A DNA stretch of 64,000 nt. It comes from Patescibacteria group bacterium. GTDB taxonomy: Bacteria; Patescibacteriota; Patescibacteriia; JAXHNJ01. The stretch is taken from contig JAXHNJ010000002.1 in assembly GCA_034520665.1 (NCBI GenBank), positions 608,660 through 672,659 on the forward strand, in the 5' to 3' direction. Below, one piece after another: positions 1-8,259 of this stretch (position 1 is its first letter; each line of letters begins with the position of its first letter). A program made the translations under genes and the position numbers. The notes beneath the pieces were generated by a model that worked only from the letters and a program-made list of their open reading frames with translations, searched no databases and was not told the DNA's origin.

Positions 1-415
1 TTTTAATATATTCTTCAAAATGTGGTTTTTTTTGGTAAAATCTATCAGTATAATTTTTGGCGCACTCTTCAATTGAATGGCAAATGGGCTGATTTTCCTC
101 ATAGGATTGATCAATAGTTATATTAATATAAGAAAAATAATTATTTTCATCAATTATTTCTTCTTTGTCTTTTGGCAGTAGTCTTAGTTGTACTAATAAA
201 TTATCATCAATTTCCCAGTCTTTTTCGGGATATTTAAAGCTAAAATTACCAAAATCGGATTTATAAGTTAATAAATTTTGCTCTTCTGTAATATTTGTAT
301 TATTGTTTTCTTCTTTAATTGGTCGGTAATAAATATATCCAATGATAACAATGCCAATTAAAAGAATTGCTACTATGAGCAGTAATACTATTTGTTTGTT
401 ACTTTTTTCCTTCAT
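1..415 (-). CDS. hypothetical membrane-anchored protein (partial, continues past window start)
   Basis: Minus-strand frame from ATG (plus 413-415) open to the window edge; begins MKEKSNKQIVLLLIVAILLIGIVIIGYIYY (single N-terminal TM) followed by an N/E-rich soluble region; absent from the ORF track because it is truncated. Confidence 0.4.
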   Translation of the reverse strand, partial: MKEKSNKQIVLLLIVAILLIGIVIIGYIYYRPIKEENNNTNITEEQNLLTYKSDFGNFSFKYPEKDWEIDDNLLVQLRLLPKDKEEIIDENNYFSYINITIDQSYEENQPICHSIEECAKNYTDRFYQKKPHFEEYIK

Positions 416-475
416 AGGTTTATTATAACAAAAGACCGTCTTTGTAGCGATTTTTAATTTATATTTTATATTTTA

Positions 476-757
476 CTAAATATTGTAATAGTACAGAGTA
501 ATTAAGATAATAATTAATAAAATAATGGAAAGCCAAATTCTCCGAATTTTTAATAAATTTTTAAAATCTTTTTTGCTTTTCTTTTTTGCTTTATAAATGC
601 TATAAATAAACCCTATAACTGAACCTATTAATAAACTATTCCAATAAAGAGACATTCGCCCCCATTTTGTACATTGATAATAGCCTAAGGTTATAATAAA
701 AAGAATAGGCACCATTTGAGCCAGTAAATTTGATTTTTTGTATTCTGTATTGTTCAT
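476..757 (-). CDS. small integral membrane protein
   Basis: 93-aa ORF with two or three hydrophobic helices; no recognisable family. Confidence 0.35.
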   Translation of the reverse strand: MNNTEYKKSNLLAQMVPILFIITLGYYQCTKWGRMSLYWNSLLIGSVIGFIYSIYKAKKKSKKDFKNLLKIRRIWLSIILLIIILITLYYYNI

Positions 758-809
758 TTTTATTTATAAATAAAGAAAGTAGTTTTTATAATTTTATTTA
801 TTTAATTCT

Positions 810-1070
810 TTAATAATTTTTTAGAGGTCTATTATCACATATATTATGTTCACAAAATGCTTCTTGTGACAAAGATGGTTTGCATAACGTTTTATCTGTT
901 TTTTCTTTTATTTTTTTCATCTCATTATTATACCAATCTGCATATTTAACATTAATAGAATGTGCATCATAGATAGTACCCTGGGTGATATCACCATAGA
1001 CTACAGTGCAGTCTGAATCTTTTTGGCAACTATACAAATTATAAGGCAGGTTAGCTCTGTCAATTAACAT
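810..1070 (-). CDS. hypothetical Cys-containing small protein
   Basis: 86-aa ORF with 5 Cys, no signal peptide recognised. Confidence 0.3.
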   Translation of the reverse strand: MLIDRANLPYNLYSCQKDSDCTVVYGDITQGTIYDAHSINVKYADWYNNEMKKIKEKTDKTLCKPSLSQEAFCEHNICDNRPLKNY

Positions 1071-1123
1071 TTTCCCCCAGTCTCTTGTATATGTTATTTT
1101 ACCATTACTAATATAAAGAAAAG

Positions 1124-1513
1124 TTATTTTTTTTTATTTCTTTTTTTAATTATAATCAATATCATTAAAATTAGACCTAAGATAACGGCAGCCATAATAA
1201 CTCGTGACCAGAAATAATAAAAAGTATAATTAGAACCACTGTACCCGGGCCATAAACAGAACATACGCCAAACTGGCTTGCCTTTTAATTTAAGATTTAT
1301 TTTATTATATCCGGCTGGACATTTTACCTCACCCAATTCGCCTATTATTTGCCAGTCTTCAGGTACTTCATAAATTACACATTCATCGCCAGCAAAAAAT
1401 TCGGCACACTGTTTTGTATCACTATTAATTATGTATTGTTGTGGTATTGGCCCGGCTAAAGACATCTTTGGTAGTAACAGTAAGGTAAATAGAAATAATA
1501 ATATTTTTTTCAT
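1124..1513 (-). CDS. small secreted/surface protein (signal peptide + C-terminal TM anchor)
   Basis: N-terminal MKKILLFLFTLLLLPKMSLAG signal-like segment and C-terminal hydrophobic stretch followed by KKRNKKK. Confidence 0.45.
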   Translation of the reverse strand: MKKILLFLFTLLLLPKMSLAGPIPQQYIINSDTKQCAEFFAGDECVIYEVPEDWQIIGELGEVKCPAGYNKINLKLKGKPVWRMFCLWPGYSGSNYTFYYFWSRVIMAAVILGLILMILIIIKKRNKKK

Positions 1514-1531
1514 ATTTATATTAAAAATAGT

Positions 1532-2830
1532 TTAATTACAACTTCCTTCTGAATCAATTCTTTGGCACTGGTTATCAATACAGTCACATGCTTCTTTACC
1601 TGTTGTTAGACATTCCCATACATAATCTTGTGACTGAGGGTTATTGTTCCATTCTTCATTCCAGTCTTTATTAACGCAAGTAGCAAAACCTTCAGGATCA
1701 CGGCTTGATAATACACAATCTGATTTTGTAGTGCAATGATGTTGTTTATAATCTGAGAAATACACTCCAAACCATTGATCGCTAGAAGTTATGATTTGAG
1801 AATTAGTATCTTTTACATCAGCTTTAATAATAAATCTTCCTATCTCTAACGAATTATCTAAATTCAATGACAATTCTTTTTTATTACCTCCCTCAATATT
1901 AAATTTTTTACTTTTATAAATATCTATTTTATTATCTAGTTCATCTATATATTTTACATCTAGATAAATATTATTAATAGAATTTAAACCCAAATTTTTG
2001 AGTCCTACATCAACTACAATAGGCTCACCAATATTATATGTATCTTTGCTAGTGCTGAAATTATTAATAATTAAATTAGAATTTTGTTTACTGGTAACTT
2101 TAATTTGAGCTTTATTAACAATATAACTTTGTTTGATACTTGGATTATATCTCATCAAAGGTAAAAATACTTGATATAAAGTATTTTTTTTATCAATATT
2201 ATTTTCATTATCCTTAATAGATATATTTTTGGGATAATATTCATCTGTTGTTGGATAATCATTACATTCCCCACATCCATAAGATGTACAATTAATACAC
2301 GGTATAATATTATAATTATCGGTTGTTAAATTTTCTTGATAATCTATTAACTCACTTGATATTTTAGCCTCATTCGGTAATTTCATTGCCATAATTAGTA
2401 CAGGTAACATAGGTTTACAATCAGGGCAAGATTTAGTTATTTCTACATTTGTTATAACTGAATTGGCATTATAATTAAAAGAAGAAGGAGTTAAAACTTG
2501 AAGATATCCATTATATCTTTTTAGATTTTCTACTTCAGCGACATTATAATTATTAAAAGAAATATTAAAAAGATATGTAATTTGATTATTTTCTTCTTTT
2601 TTTGTTACATCAATACAATTATTTTTTTTACAAAATTCAATTCTACTATTTTTATTATTTATTTCCTGGTTATTTTTTAAATTAGATGAATTATTTTTTA
2701 TTTGATTTCGCGAACTGTCTTTTTGCCAAATAAAAAATCCAGCAGCAATAATTATAATTCCTATTATAGCACTAAGAGCAATTATTAAGGTTAATTTTTT
2801 GACTCCTTTTTGATTCTTAATAAATTTCAT
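1532..2830 (-). CDS. membrane-anchored Cys-rich extracellular protein
   Basis: 432 aa; N-terminal TM (LTLIIALSAIIGIIIIAAGFFIW); many Cys motifs (CPDCKP, CINCTSYGCGEC, C-terminal CVNKDW...CDCIDNQCQ). Confidence 0.5.
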   Translation of the reverse strand: MKFIKNQKGVKKLTLIIALSAIIGIIIIAAGFFIWQKDSSRNQIKNNSSNLKNNQEINNKNSRIEFCKKNNCIDVTKKEENNQITYLFNISFNNYNVAEVENLKRYNGYLQVLTPSSFNYNANSVITNVEITKSCPDCKPMLPVLIMAMKLPNEAKISSELIDYQENLTTDNYNIIPCINCTSYGCGECNDYPTTDEYYPKNISIKDNENNIDKKNTLYQVFLPLMRYNPSIKQSYIVNKAQIKVTSKQNSNLIINNFSTSKDTYNIGEPIVVDVGLKNLGLNSINNIYLDVKYIDELDNKIDIYKSKKFNIEGGNKKELSLNLDNSLEIGRFIIKADVKDTNSQIITSSDQWFGVYFSDYKQHHCTTKSDCVLSSRDPEGFATCVNKDWNEEWNNNPQSQDYVWECLTTGKEACDCIDNQCQRIDSEGSCN

Positions 2831-2842
2831 ATTTTTTTACCC

Positions 2843-3163
2843 TTAATTCCGAAAATATTTACTATTTTTTATTATTTTTATCATAAATAAAGTTAACCAG
2901 GTTAATAAATAGGGTATTATTAATATAAAAATAAACTGTAAAATTGTTTTTAAAAAAATATTTTTTACACCTAATATATAAACGCTTCCTTCAGTATGCA
3001 TACAGGGTATTAATGACGGCTGGCATAATTTCCATTGACACCAATGGGTTGGTTCAAGAGTATTAGCATTAACTCCATACCAGCAGTCTTTTACCGGGGC
3101 ATAAGGTATAAGATTTAACAGGATAAAATAAATAGGATACAGAATTTTTTTATTTATCTTCAT
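2843..3163 (-). CDS. hypothetical membrane protein
   Basis: 106-aa ORF, hydrophobic N and C termini. Confidence 0.3.
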   Translation of the reverse strand: MKINKKILYPIYFILLNLIPYAPVKDCWYGVNANTLEPTHWCQWKLCQPSLIPCMHTEGSVYILGVKNIFLKTILQFIFILIIPYLLTWLTLFMIKIIKNSKYFRN

Positions 3164-3324
3164 AATTTTAGTCTACCAAAAAACCGCTCTTAAGGCGATT
3201 TTGTTATTAAGTTAAAATAAGTTAAGACTGAGGTCCCAAGAGTGCGGTTGTTTCCCTGCTAAAAATAATATTTCTAACAGGGTTTTAATCCCGTGACGAA
3301 GTAAACTAATTTGACGTGTCGCGC

Positions 3325-3924
3325 TTAGCGCGATAAGGGTTCTTTGGGTTCAGTATGAATAATCTTATCTTTTTTTGACTTTTTTTTAAGAATTATGATC
3401 AATAATATTATTCCGGCTATTAATACTACTGCGATTGCTATTGTTAAGTATAAATTGCTAATAAGATAATAAGAATAATAATTATATAATAACTTATTTC
3501 CTTTCTTTATCTCGCCCAGTTGATTGCTCTCAAAAACGTTTGAGGTATATATGTCACCAACTGATAGCACGTTTTCATCTTCAGGTTCCCATATTTCATT
3601 ATGAAATTCATAATTTTTACCAATTTCTAAATTATTACATAACTCTCTTGATAGTTCGTTATTATAATTTTTTTTATCAATGAGCTTTGTGTCAAATTGC
3701 ATTAAATATTCGGCACCACCCAGAGGAACATAACCGTTATCTCCGCAAAAACCCTCGGGGTCCCAATCAAATGTTTTCTCGCACCAGTTGTATTTTTCCA
3801 CTTTTATTACTTCGCCCACTATCAAACAAGAATCCTCGTGTCTATAAGCAACACTTGATTCGGCAATGTTATATGAAAAAAGAAATATACAAACTGATAA
3901 TATAATAATTTTTGTGTATCTCAT
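3325..3924 (-). CDS. secreted protein with signal peptide and C-terminal TM anchor
   Basis: N-terminal MRYTKIIILSVCIFLFSYNIAES, C-terminal hydrophobic helix followed by KKKSKKDK. Confidence 0.45.
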   Translation of the reverse strand: MRYTKIIILSVCIFLFSYNIAESSVAYRHEDSCLIVGEVIKVEKYNWCEKTFDWDPEGFCGDNGYVPLGGAEYLMQFDTKLIDKKNYNNELSRELCNNLEIGKNYEFHNEIWEPEDENVLSVGDIYTSNVFESNQLGEIKKGNKLLYNYYSYYLISNLYLTIAIAVVLIAGIILLIIILKKKSKKDKIIHTEPKEPLSR

Positions 3925-3994
3925 ATAATTATAATATCATAAAACTGCTCTTTTGTAAGGAAAGAGTTGTGGCCCCGTTATTCAACCGGGGTAA

Positions 3995-4120
3995 AGGGGT
4001 GGCTAGATCCGCCTTCGTCTTTCTGCTAGGCGACTTTGGCGAACAAGGTATTTTATTATTTTTTTATATTTAAGGTCAATAAAACTCGCCATTAAATGTA
4101 TTAAAAAAGACGCAAAGGGG
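3995..4120. repeat. direct repeat aaaggggtggctaga (3995-4010 and 4106-4120) within a GC-rich structured intergenic island
   Basis: Identical 15-mer twice, about 110 nt apart, in a GC-rich patch of an AT-rich genome; hairpins gccccgcggagcggggc and gccaaaggc-agatgc-gcctttggc nearby. Confidence 0.6.
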
Positions 4121-4215
4121 TGGCTAGAGGCCCCGCGGAGCGGGGCAAGGAATTTCAGCCAAAGGCAGATGCGCCTTTGGCGCAGAACCCTCGTCACCCC
4201 GCACCATGATTCATT
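4100..4215 (+). ncRNA. candidate small SRP RNA (4.5S-like) or other structured GC-rich RNA
   Basis: Segment GGAAUUUCAGCCAAAGGCAGAUG closely resembles the conserved domain-IV strand of bacterial 4.5S RNA (GGAAGCAGCCAAGGCAGAUG, from memory); flanking ggggtg...cacccc can close a long hairpin; ends not determinable by eye. Confidence 0.25.
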
Positions 4216-4320
4216 TCATTCATCAGCTTAAGAGATAAAGCTCCCTTGTCATAGTTCGGGGCAAGCTGGTGCCACTTTGGTTTGTTAAAGAAAAAGATTT
4301 TTAATTTTGAGAGATTCAGA

Positions 4321-4395
4321 GGGGTGACCTACGGGAATCGAACCCGTATCACTGGTGCCACAGACCAGTGCACTAACCGTTGTGCTAAGGTCACC
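4321..4395 (-). tRNA. tRNA-His (anticodon GTG) with G-1
   Basis: Reverse complement folds as G-1 + GTGACCT acceptor / TA / GCAC-AACGGTTA-GTGC D-arm / CTGGT-CTGTGGC-ACCAG anticodon arm (GTG) / TGAT / ACGGG-TTCGATT-CCCGT T-arm / AGGTCAC + C73 pairing G-1. Confidence 0.8.
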
Positions 4396-4511
4396 CCTCT
4401 GAATCACTTTATTATTATATATTTATAAAAAATATTATGATTATTTTTCAATCTTCTTTGGCAAGTAAGCCAATAACCACTGCTTGCCCTGAGCGGAGTC
4501 GAAGGGTGCTA

Positions 4512-4622
4512 TAGCCATTCCTTTGCGTCCTATATTTATATATTTTTTAAAGAATTTATTAAAATGATGCACCCCGCCCGACTCGCTTCGCTGTTTTGAA
4601 GCGGGCCATTCCTTTGCGTCCT
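4512..4622. repeat. direct repeat gccattcctttgcgtcct (4512-4530 and 4604-4622)
   Basis: Two identical 18-mers about 90 nt apart between tRNA-His and the downstream gene; adjacent motif caccccgcccgactcgc recurs at 5367-5386 (inverted) and 5270-5288. Confidence 0.6.
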
Positions 4623-4628
4623 GTTTTT

Positions 4629-5213
4629 TTAAATATTTGTTTTTCTTTCTTTATTTTTATAAATTTGCGAAATTTTTTTAGGAATTTCTTCTGGCAGATT
4701 ATTATGATCGGGATTATCTTTTTCATAAAGATTAGCTTCATATAAATCTTCGGCCAGGTTTCTCAAACCATACAAAACCGAAACCATGGCTTCGTTAAGA
4801 ATTTCCATACCTTCTTTATTTTCAACTTTAATATTAGCAGCGTCTTTTTCAATAGCTTCTGACTCTTCGGCTAGATTAATCAAAAAATTTTCAGTATTTT
4901 TTGCTTCCTCTTCTGGCAGAGTAGTTAAGTACGATCTTAATTTTTCAAATATCTGAGCAGTAATGTCTTTAAAAGTTTTACTTCTTTCAACTAATAATTT
5001 TTTATCTATAACTTCTTCAGTATTAAATTCTCTCTGGGCTATTCGGGAAATATCAGTATAGATTTTTATTAGTTCCTTAGCCTTGGGCTCCAATTTTTCA
5101 CTTTTTTCTTTAACAAAATTATAAAGCTCTTCATCTTTTTCATCAATTTTTTCCAGAGTATTTTCAACAGCTGATAATTGGTTTAAAAAATTTTCGGATG
5201 ATTTTTCTTTCAT
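4629..5213 (-). CDS. hypothetical acidic coiled-coil-like protein
   Basis: ORF-track frame 4629..5246; likely true start MKEKSSENF at 5213 because the upstream extension overlaps the tRNA fragment. Confidence 0.45.
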   Translation of the reverse strand: MKEKSSENFLNQLSAVENTLEKIDEKDEELYNFVKEKSEKLEPKAKELIKIYTDISRIAQREFNTEEVIDKKLLVERSKTFKDITAQIFEKLRSYLTTLPEEEAKNTENFLINLAEESEAIEKDAANIKVENKEGMEILNEAMVSVLYGLRNLAEDLYEANLYEKDNPDHNNLPEEIPKKISQIYKNKERKTNI

Positions 5214-5231
5214 ATAATTATTATTATTTTC

Positions 5232-5291
5232 TGGTGCCCCAGGCACGATTCGAACGTGCGACCTACTGCTTACCCGCCCGCCTGACTCGTC
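5232..5291 (-). other. tRNA 3'-half fragment (variable loop, T-arm, acceptor 3' strand and encoded CCA) with no contiguous 5' half
   Basis: Reverse complement ...AGGTC GCACG TTCGAAT CGTGC CTGGGGC A CCA; the matching 5' strand GCCCCTG TA GTTC AACGGATAGAC lies about 180 nt away at 5471-5500. Confidence 0.5.
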
Positions 5292-5366
5292 TGGTGTCCC
5301 CAGTAGGAATCGAACCTACATCTAGGGCTTAGAAGGCCCTCGTTCTATCCATTGAACTATAGGGAC
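5292..5366 (-). tRNA. tRNA-Arg (anticodon TCT)
   Basis: RC = GTCCCTA TA GTTC AATGGATA GAAC G AGGGC CTTCTAA GCCCT AGATG TAGG TTCGATT CCTA CTGGGGAC A CCA; canonical cloverleaf, anticodon UCU. Confidence 0.85.
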
Positions 5367-5470
5367 GTCAGGCGAGTCGGGCGGGGAAGGCCGCTGTCCC
5401 GCCTGCCTTCGCCTTTGGCGACCAGCCCGACTTCGTATCGACGAAGTCGATGCGGGCGGGAGCCAATGGC

Positions 5471-5568
5471 GGGCAGGTCTATCCGTTGAACTACAGGGGC
5501 GTAGGTAATGGCGGAATATCGATTGCTTGTCCGCCGTAGCTTTAGGCGAAGACGGAAACTACAGGGAC
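5471..5568 (-). repeat. tRNA 5'-end-like fragments (5471-5500 GCCCCTGTAGTTCAACGGATAGAC; 5557-5568 GTCCCTGTAGTT)
   Basis: Two partial copies of the 5' acceptor/D-arm region resembling tRNA-Arg, separated by GC-rich hairpins (cgacttcgt-atcg-acgaagtcg; tcgcc-ttt-ggcga). Confidence 0.5.
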
Positions 5569-5607
5569 AAAAGTATAAATAAATCTAACATAAAAATTTG
5601 CTCTTTG

Positions 5608-6306
5608 TCAATGCTGACGAAATGATTCCGGGGTAATATTTTTGTTTATATTAGCCTTTTTTGTGTAGCGCTCGACCATTCTTTGAATGGAGCGGGCAGT
5701 TAAAGGGGGCAAGTCTTTTTTGGCGGCATGGTCATGACGAACAAATAAATATTTAGAATCATCTTTTCTTTTATCCAGATAATTTTTTAGAGCAAAAAGA
5801 GCTTGATTAGATAAATGAATTTTTTTATAAGCAAAATCATTTCTGGTCAAATTAGAAATTTCTGAAACTTTTAAATTAGTTGAGAGTAAAACTTCTAAAA
5901 GAGCCAGGTCGCGATATTTTATAATTAAGTGAGAGGACGTTTTTTTAACGGCTGAAAAGATTTGGTTGATTTCATTTTTTTCTAACAGCGGCTGATAGCT
6001 GGTTTGGTGTTTGAACAATTTTATTTCTTTATAATTAAGACTTTTAATATTATTTTTTTCTAAAAATTTTAAGAAATTACGCAGAGTGATTAAATAGTAA
6101 TTTTGCGTGTTTGTTAAATAGTTATTTTTTTCATGAGCTAAAAAGCCTTGGAACTTTCTTATAATAAGACGGTTTATTTCTTTGGGTCTTTTTACTTTGG
6201 TAATTTCTAGGAATTTTTCCAAACGTTGTTTATATTGATTAATAGTAGCGGAATAAATTCCTTTTTCTTTTAAATAATTTATGTATTGGTTAATATATTT
6301 ATCCAT
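5608..6306 (-). pseudogene. tyrosine recombinase (XerC/XerD/phage-integrase family), C-terminally truncated before the catalytic Tyr
   Basis: N-terminal SAM-like domain plus catalytic-domain motifs (RDLALLEVLLSTNLKVSEIS, LTARSIQRMV, ITPESFRQH = HxxR box), but the ORF stops right after the H of the LRH box; the expected ~35 residues carrying the catalytic tyrosine are absent. Confidence 0.6.
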
Positions 6307-6500
6307 ATTATATATTTTACGACACTTTTTTGTTTTAAGCAAAGCTAAATTAGTGAAGTAATTTTTATTGACAAAAAAAGCTTAATATGTTAGTTTTAAT
6401 TTACTAATTTTTATTAATAATTAAGTGCGTGTTCTTGGCTAAGGCCTGAAAATTAAATGGCCAAAGACCTTTGACTCGGAACGCGTGGAGAAAATGACTT

Positions 6501-6770
6501 ATGCCATTAAGCAAAACTAAAAAAGACCGGATTATTAAAAAATTTGCTACTCATAAAGATGACACCGGTTCATCGGAAGTGCAAATTGCTATTTTAACTG
6601 AAGAAATTAAAGAATTAACCCAGCATTTGCGTACTCATAAAAAAGATTTTTCCTCTCGCCGGGGGTTGCTCCGTAAAGTCGGACTGCGTCGCCGGCTTTT
6701 AAAGTATCTCAAAAAAGAGGATTCTAAAAGTTATGAGAGTTTAATTAAGAAACTTGGTTTGAAGAAGTAA
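6501..6770 (+). CDS. rpsO: 30S ribosomal protein S15
   Basis: 89 aa; [50 protein letters not shown] matches the S15 signature. Confidence 0.95.
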   Translation: MPLSKTKKDRIIKKFATHKDDTGSSEVQIAILTEEIKELTQHLRTHKKDFSSRRGLLRKVGLRRRLLKYLKKEDSKSYESLIKKLGLKK

Positions 6771-6897
6771 GTTTTTAAGATTTTATAAACTAATTGCTTT
6801 TGAAAAATCGTTGATTGGCAGAGGCTCTTGATTAATTAAGTATTTTATAATAACGTTTCAATGATTTTTACGAGCGAAAGCGATAGAACAAAAATAT

Positions 6898-7434
6898 ATG
6901 GAAAATATTGATCAGCGTGTTGGTTTGTTTGTTGATGTTTCTAACATGTACCATTCAGCCAAACACTTATATAAAAGTAAAGTTAATTTCGGGCGCATAT
7001 TAAAAGAGGCCGTTGGCCGGCGCAAATTAATCCGGGCTATTGCTTATGTTATTAAAGCTAAAAGTTTAGATGAAGAAAATTTTTTTGAGGCTTTGGCTAA
7101 ACAGGGCTTTGAAATAAAAGCTAAGGACTTGCAGATTTTTTTTGGCGGTCAGAAAAAAGGCGACTGGGATATTGGTCTGACTATTGATACTATTATTTTG
7201 GCTGATAAATTAGACACAGTAGTTTTAGTCACTGGTGACGGTGATTTTGCTGATCTAGTTAAATATTTAAAAATTAACAAGGGTTGTTTTGTTGAAATTA
7301 TGGCTTTTGGCGAATCCTGCTCTTCTAAACTCAAAGAAGAAGCCGATCGTTTTATTGATTTGTCAAAAGATAAAAGAAAATTTCTTTTATCAAACCGCTC
7401 AAGATCAAAAATAAAAAAAAGAAGGAGAAAATAA
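6898..7434 (+). CDS. NYN-domain (LabA-like) protein
   Basis: VGLFVDVSNMYHS ... VLVTGDGDFADLV motifs typical of NYN/LabA-like PIN-fold nucleases. Confidence 0.7.
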   Translation: MENIDQRVGLFVDVSNMYHSAKHLYKSKVNFGRILKEAVGRRKLIRAIAYVIKAKSLDEENFFEALAKQGFEIKAKDLQIFFGGQKKGDWDIGLTIDTIILADKLDTVVLVTGDGDFADLVKYLKINKGCFVEIMAFGESCSSKLKEEADRFIDLSKDKRKFLLSNRSRSKIKKRRRK

Positions 7435-7435
7435 T

Positions 7436-8140
7436 ATGGCCGAAAAAATGCCCGAGCTGGGCAAAGAAGTGCCTTTACCAGAGGAAAAAAACAATTTAAA
7501 TCAAATTGAAATGCGTACTGAAAATGGAGTCGAACGTTTTTCTTTCGCGGCTGGTTTAAAAAGTCAGATGGAAGAAGCGGAAAATTTACCACCTTTAGAA
7601 TTTCAGGAAAATGAAGTGGCTCAAGCCAAAGATAAAGAAATATTGAATTTTGTTATTAATGAAACCCTGAAAAAAATTAAAAACAACAGTGAAATTAGAA
7701 AATTAAGAAAAAAGGTAATAGAAGAAGAAAATATAAATGTTTTAACTAAAACTGAAAGAAAAAAGATGGTTGAAGCTTTTGATAAAGCTCGTAATCAGGC
7801 CTTTGAAGCGGCTCAGAAAAAATTTGACCAAAAACTTTCATCCGAACATTTAAGAAAAATAAAAAAAGCCACGGTTAGTCAGCTTAATTATTCTCTGCGC
7901 CAGAAAATTATTGATGGGGGTGAGCCCAAATCTTGGATGCTACTGGAGCCAAAATTAAGAAAAGTTCACCTGATGGACAGAAAAACTCTAACCCGTTATT
8001 TACGTAACTCACTTAATAAGTCGGCTGACGTTAAATTTATTAAGCAGCAAGAAGAAGCTAATCAGGCTACTGATGAAATGACCGAAGCGCTGGAAGAAGT
8101 AGCCCCGGACGAAGAACTAAAAAAGGCGGCTAAAAAATAA
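7436..8140 (+). CDS. hypothetical charged protein
   Basis: 234-aa K/E-rich ORF, start 2 nt after the NYN gene. Confidence 0.45.
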   Translation: MAEKMPELGKEVPLPEEKNNLNQIEMRTENGVERFSFAAGLKSQMEEAENLPPLEFQENEVAQAKDKEILNFVINETLKKIKNNSEIRKLRKKVIEEENINVLTKTERKKMVEAFDKARNQAFEAAQKKFDQKLSSEHLRKIKKATVSQLNYSLRQKIIDGGEPKSWMLLEPKLRKVHLMDRKTLTRYLRNSLNKSADVKFIKQQEEANQATDEMTEALEEVAPDEELKKAAKK

Positions 8141-8259
8141 TAATAGATAAATACTAATTAAAAACTAAAAAAATAATTAACAGCTGAAAAGCAGACAAGT
8201 AGACTACCAGGAAATACCTTTATATCTTTATTTTCCGTAGTCTAAAGCCTGCTGTTCAG

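Noticed and set aside
4003-4197. 64-aa minus-strand ORF over the GC-rich island
   Set aside because: It is Arg/Leu-rich, typical of GC-rich non-coding sequence, and overlaps the hairpin and SRP-like RNA region; no start context.
5232-5570. Group I intron within a tRNA gene
   Set aside because: The intervening sequence shows no P7/P3 core elements recognisable by eye and contains a complete independent tRNA, which is not a feature of bacterial tRNA group I introns. It is kept as an unexplained arrangement instead.
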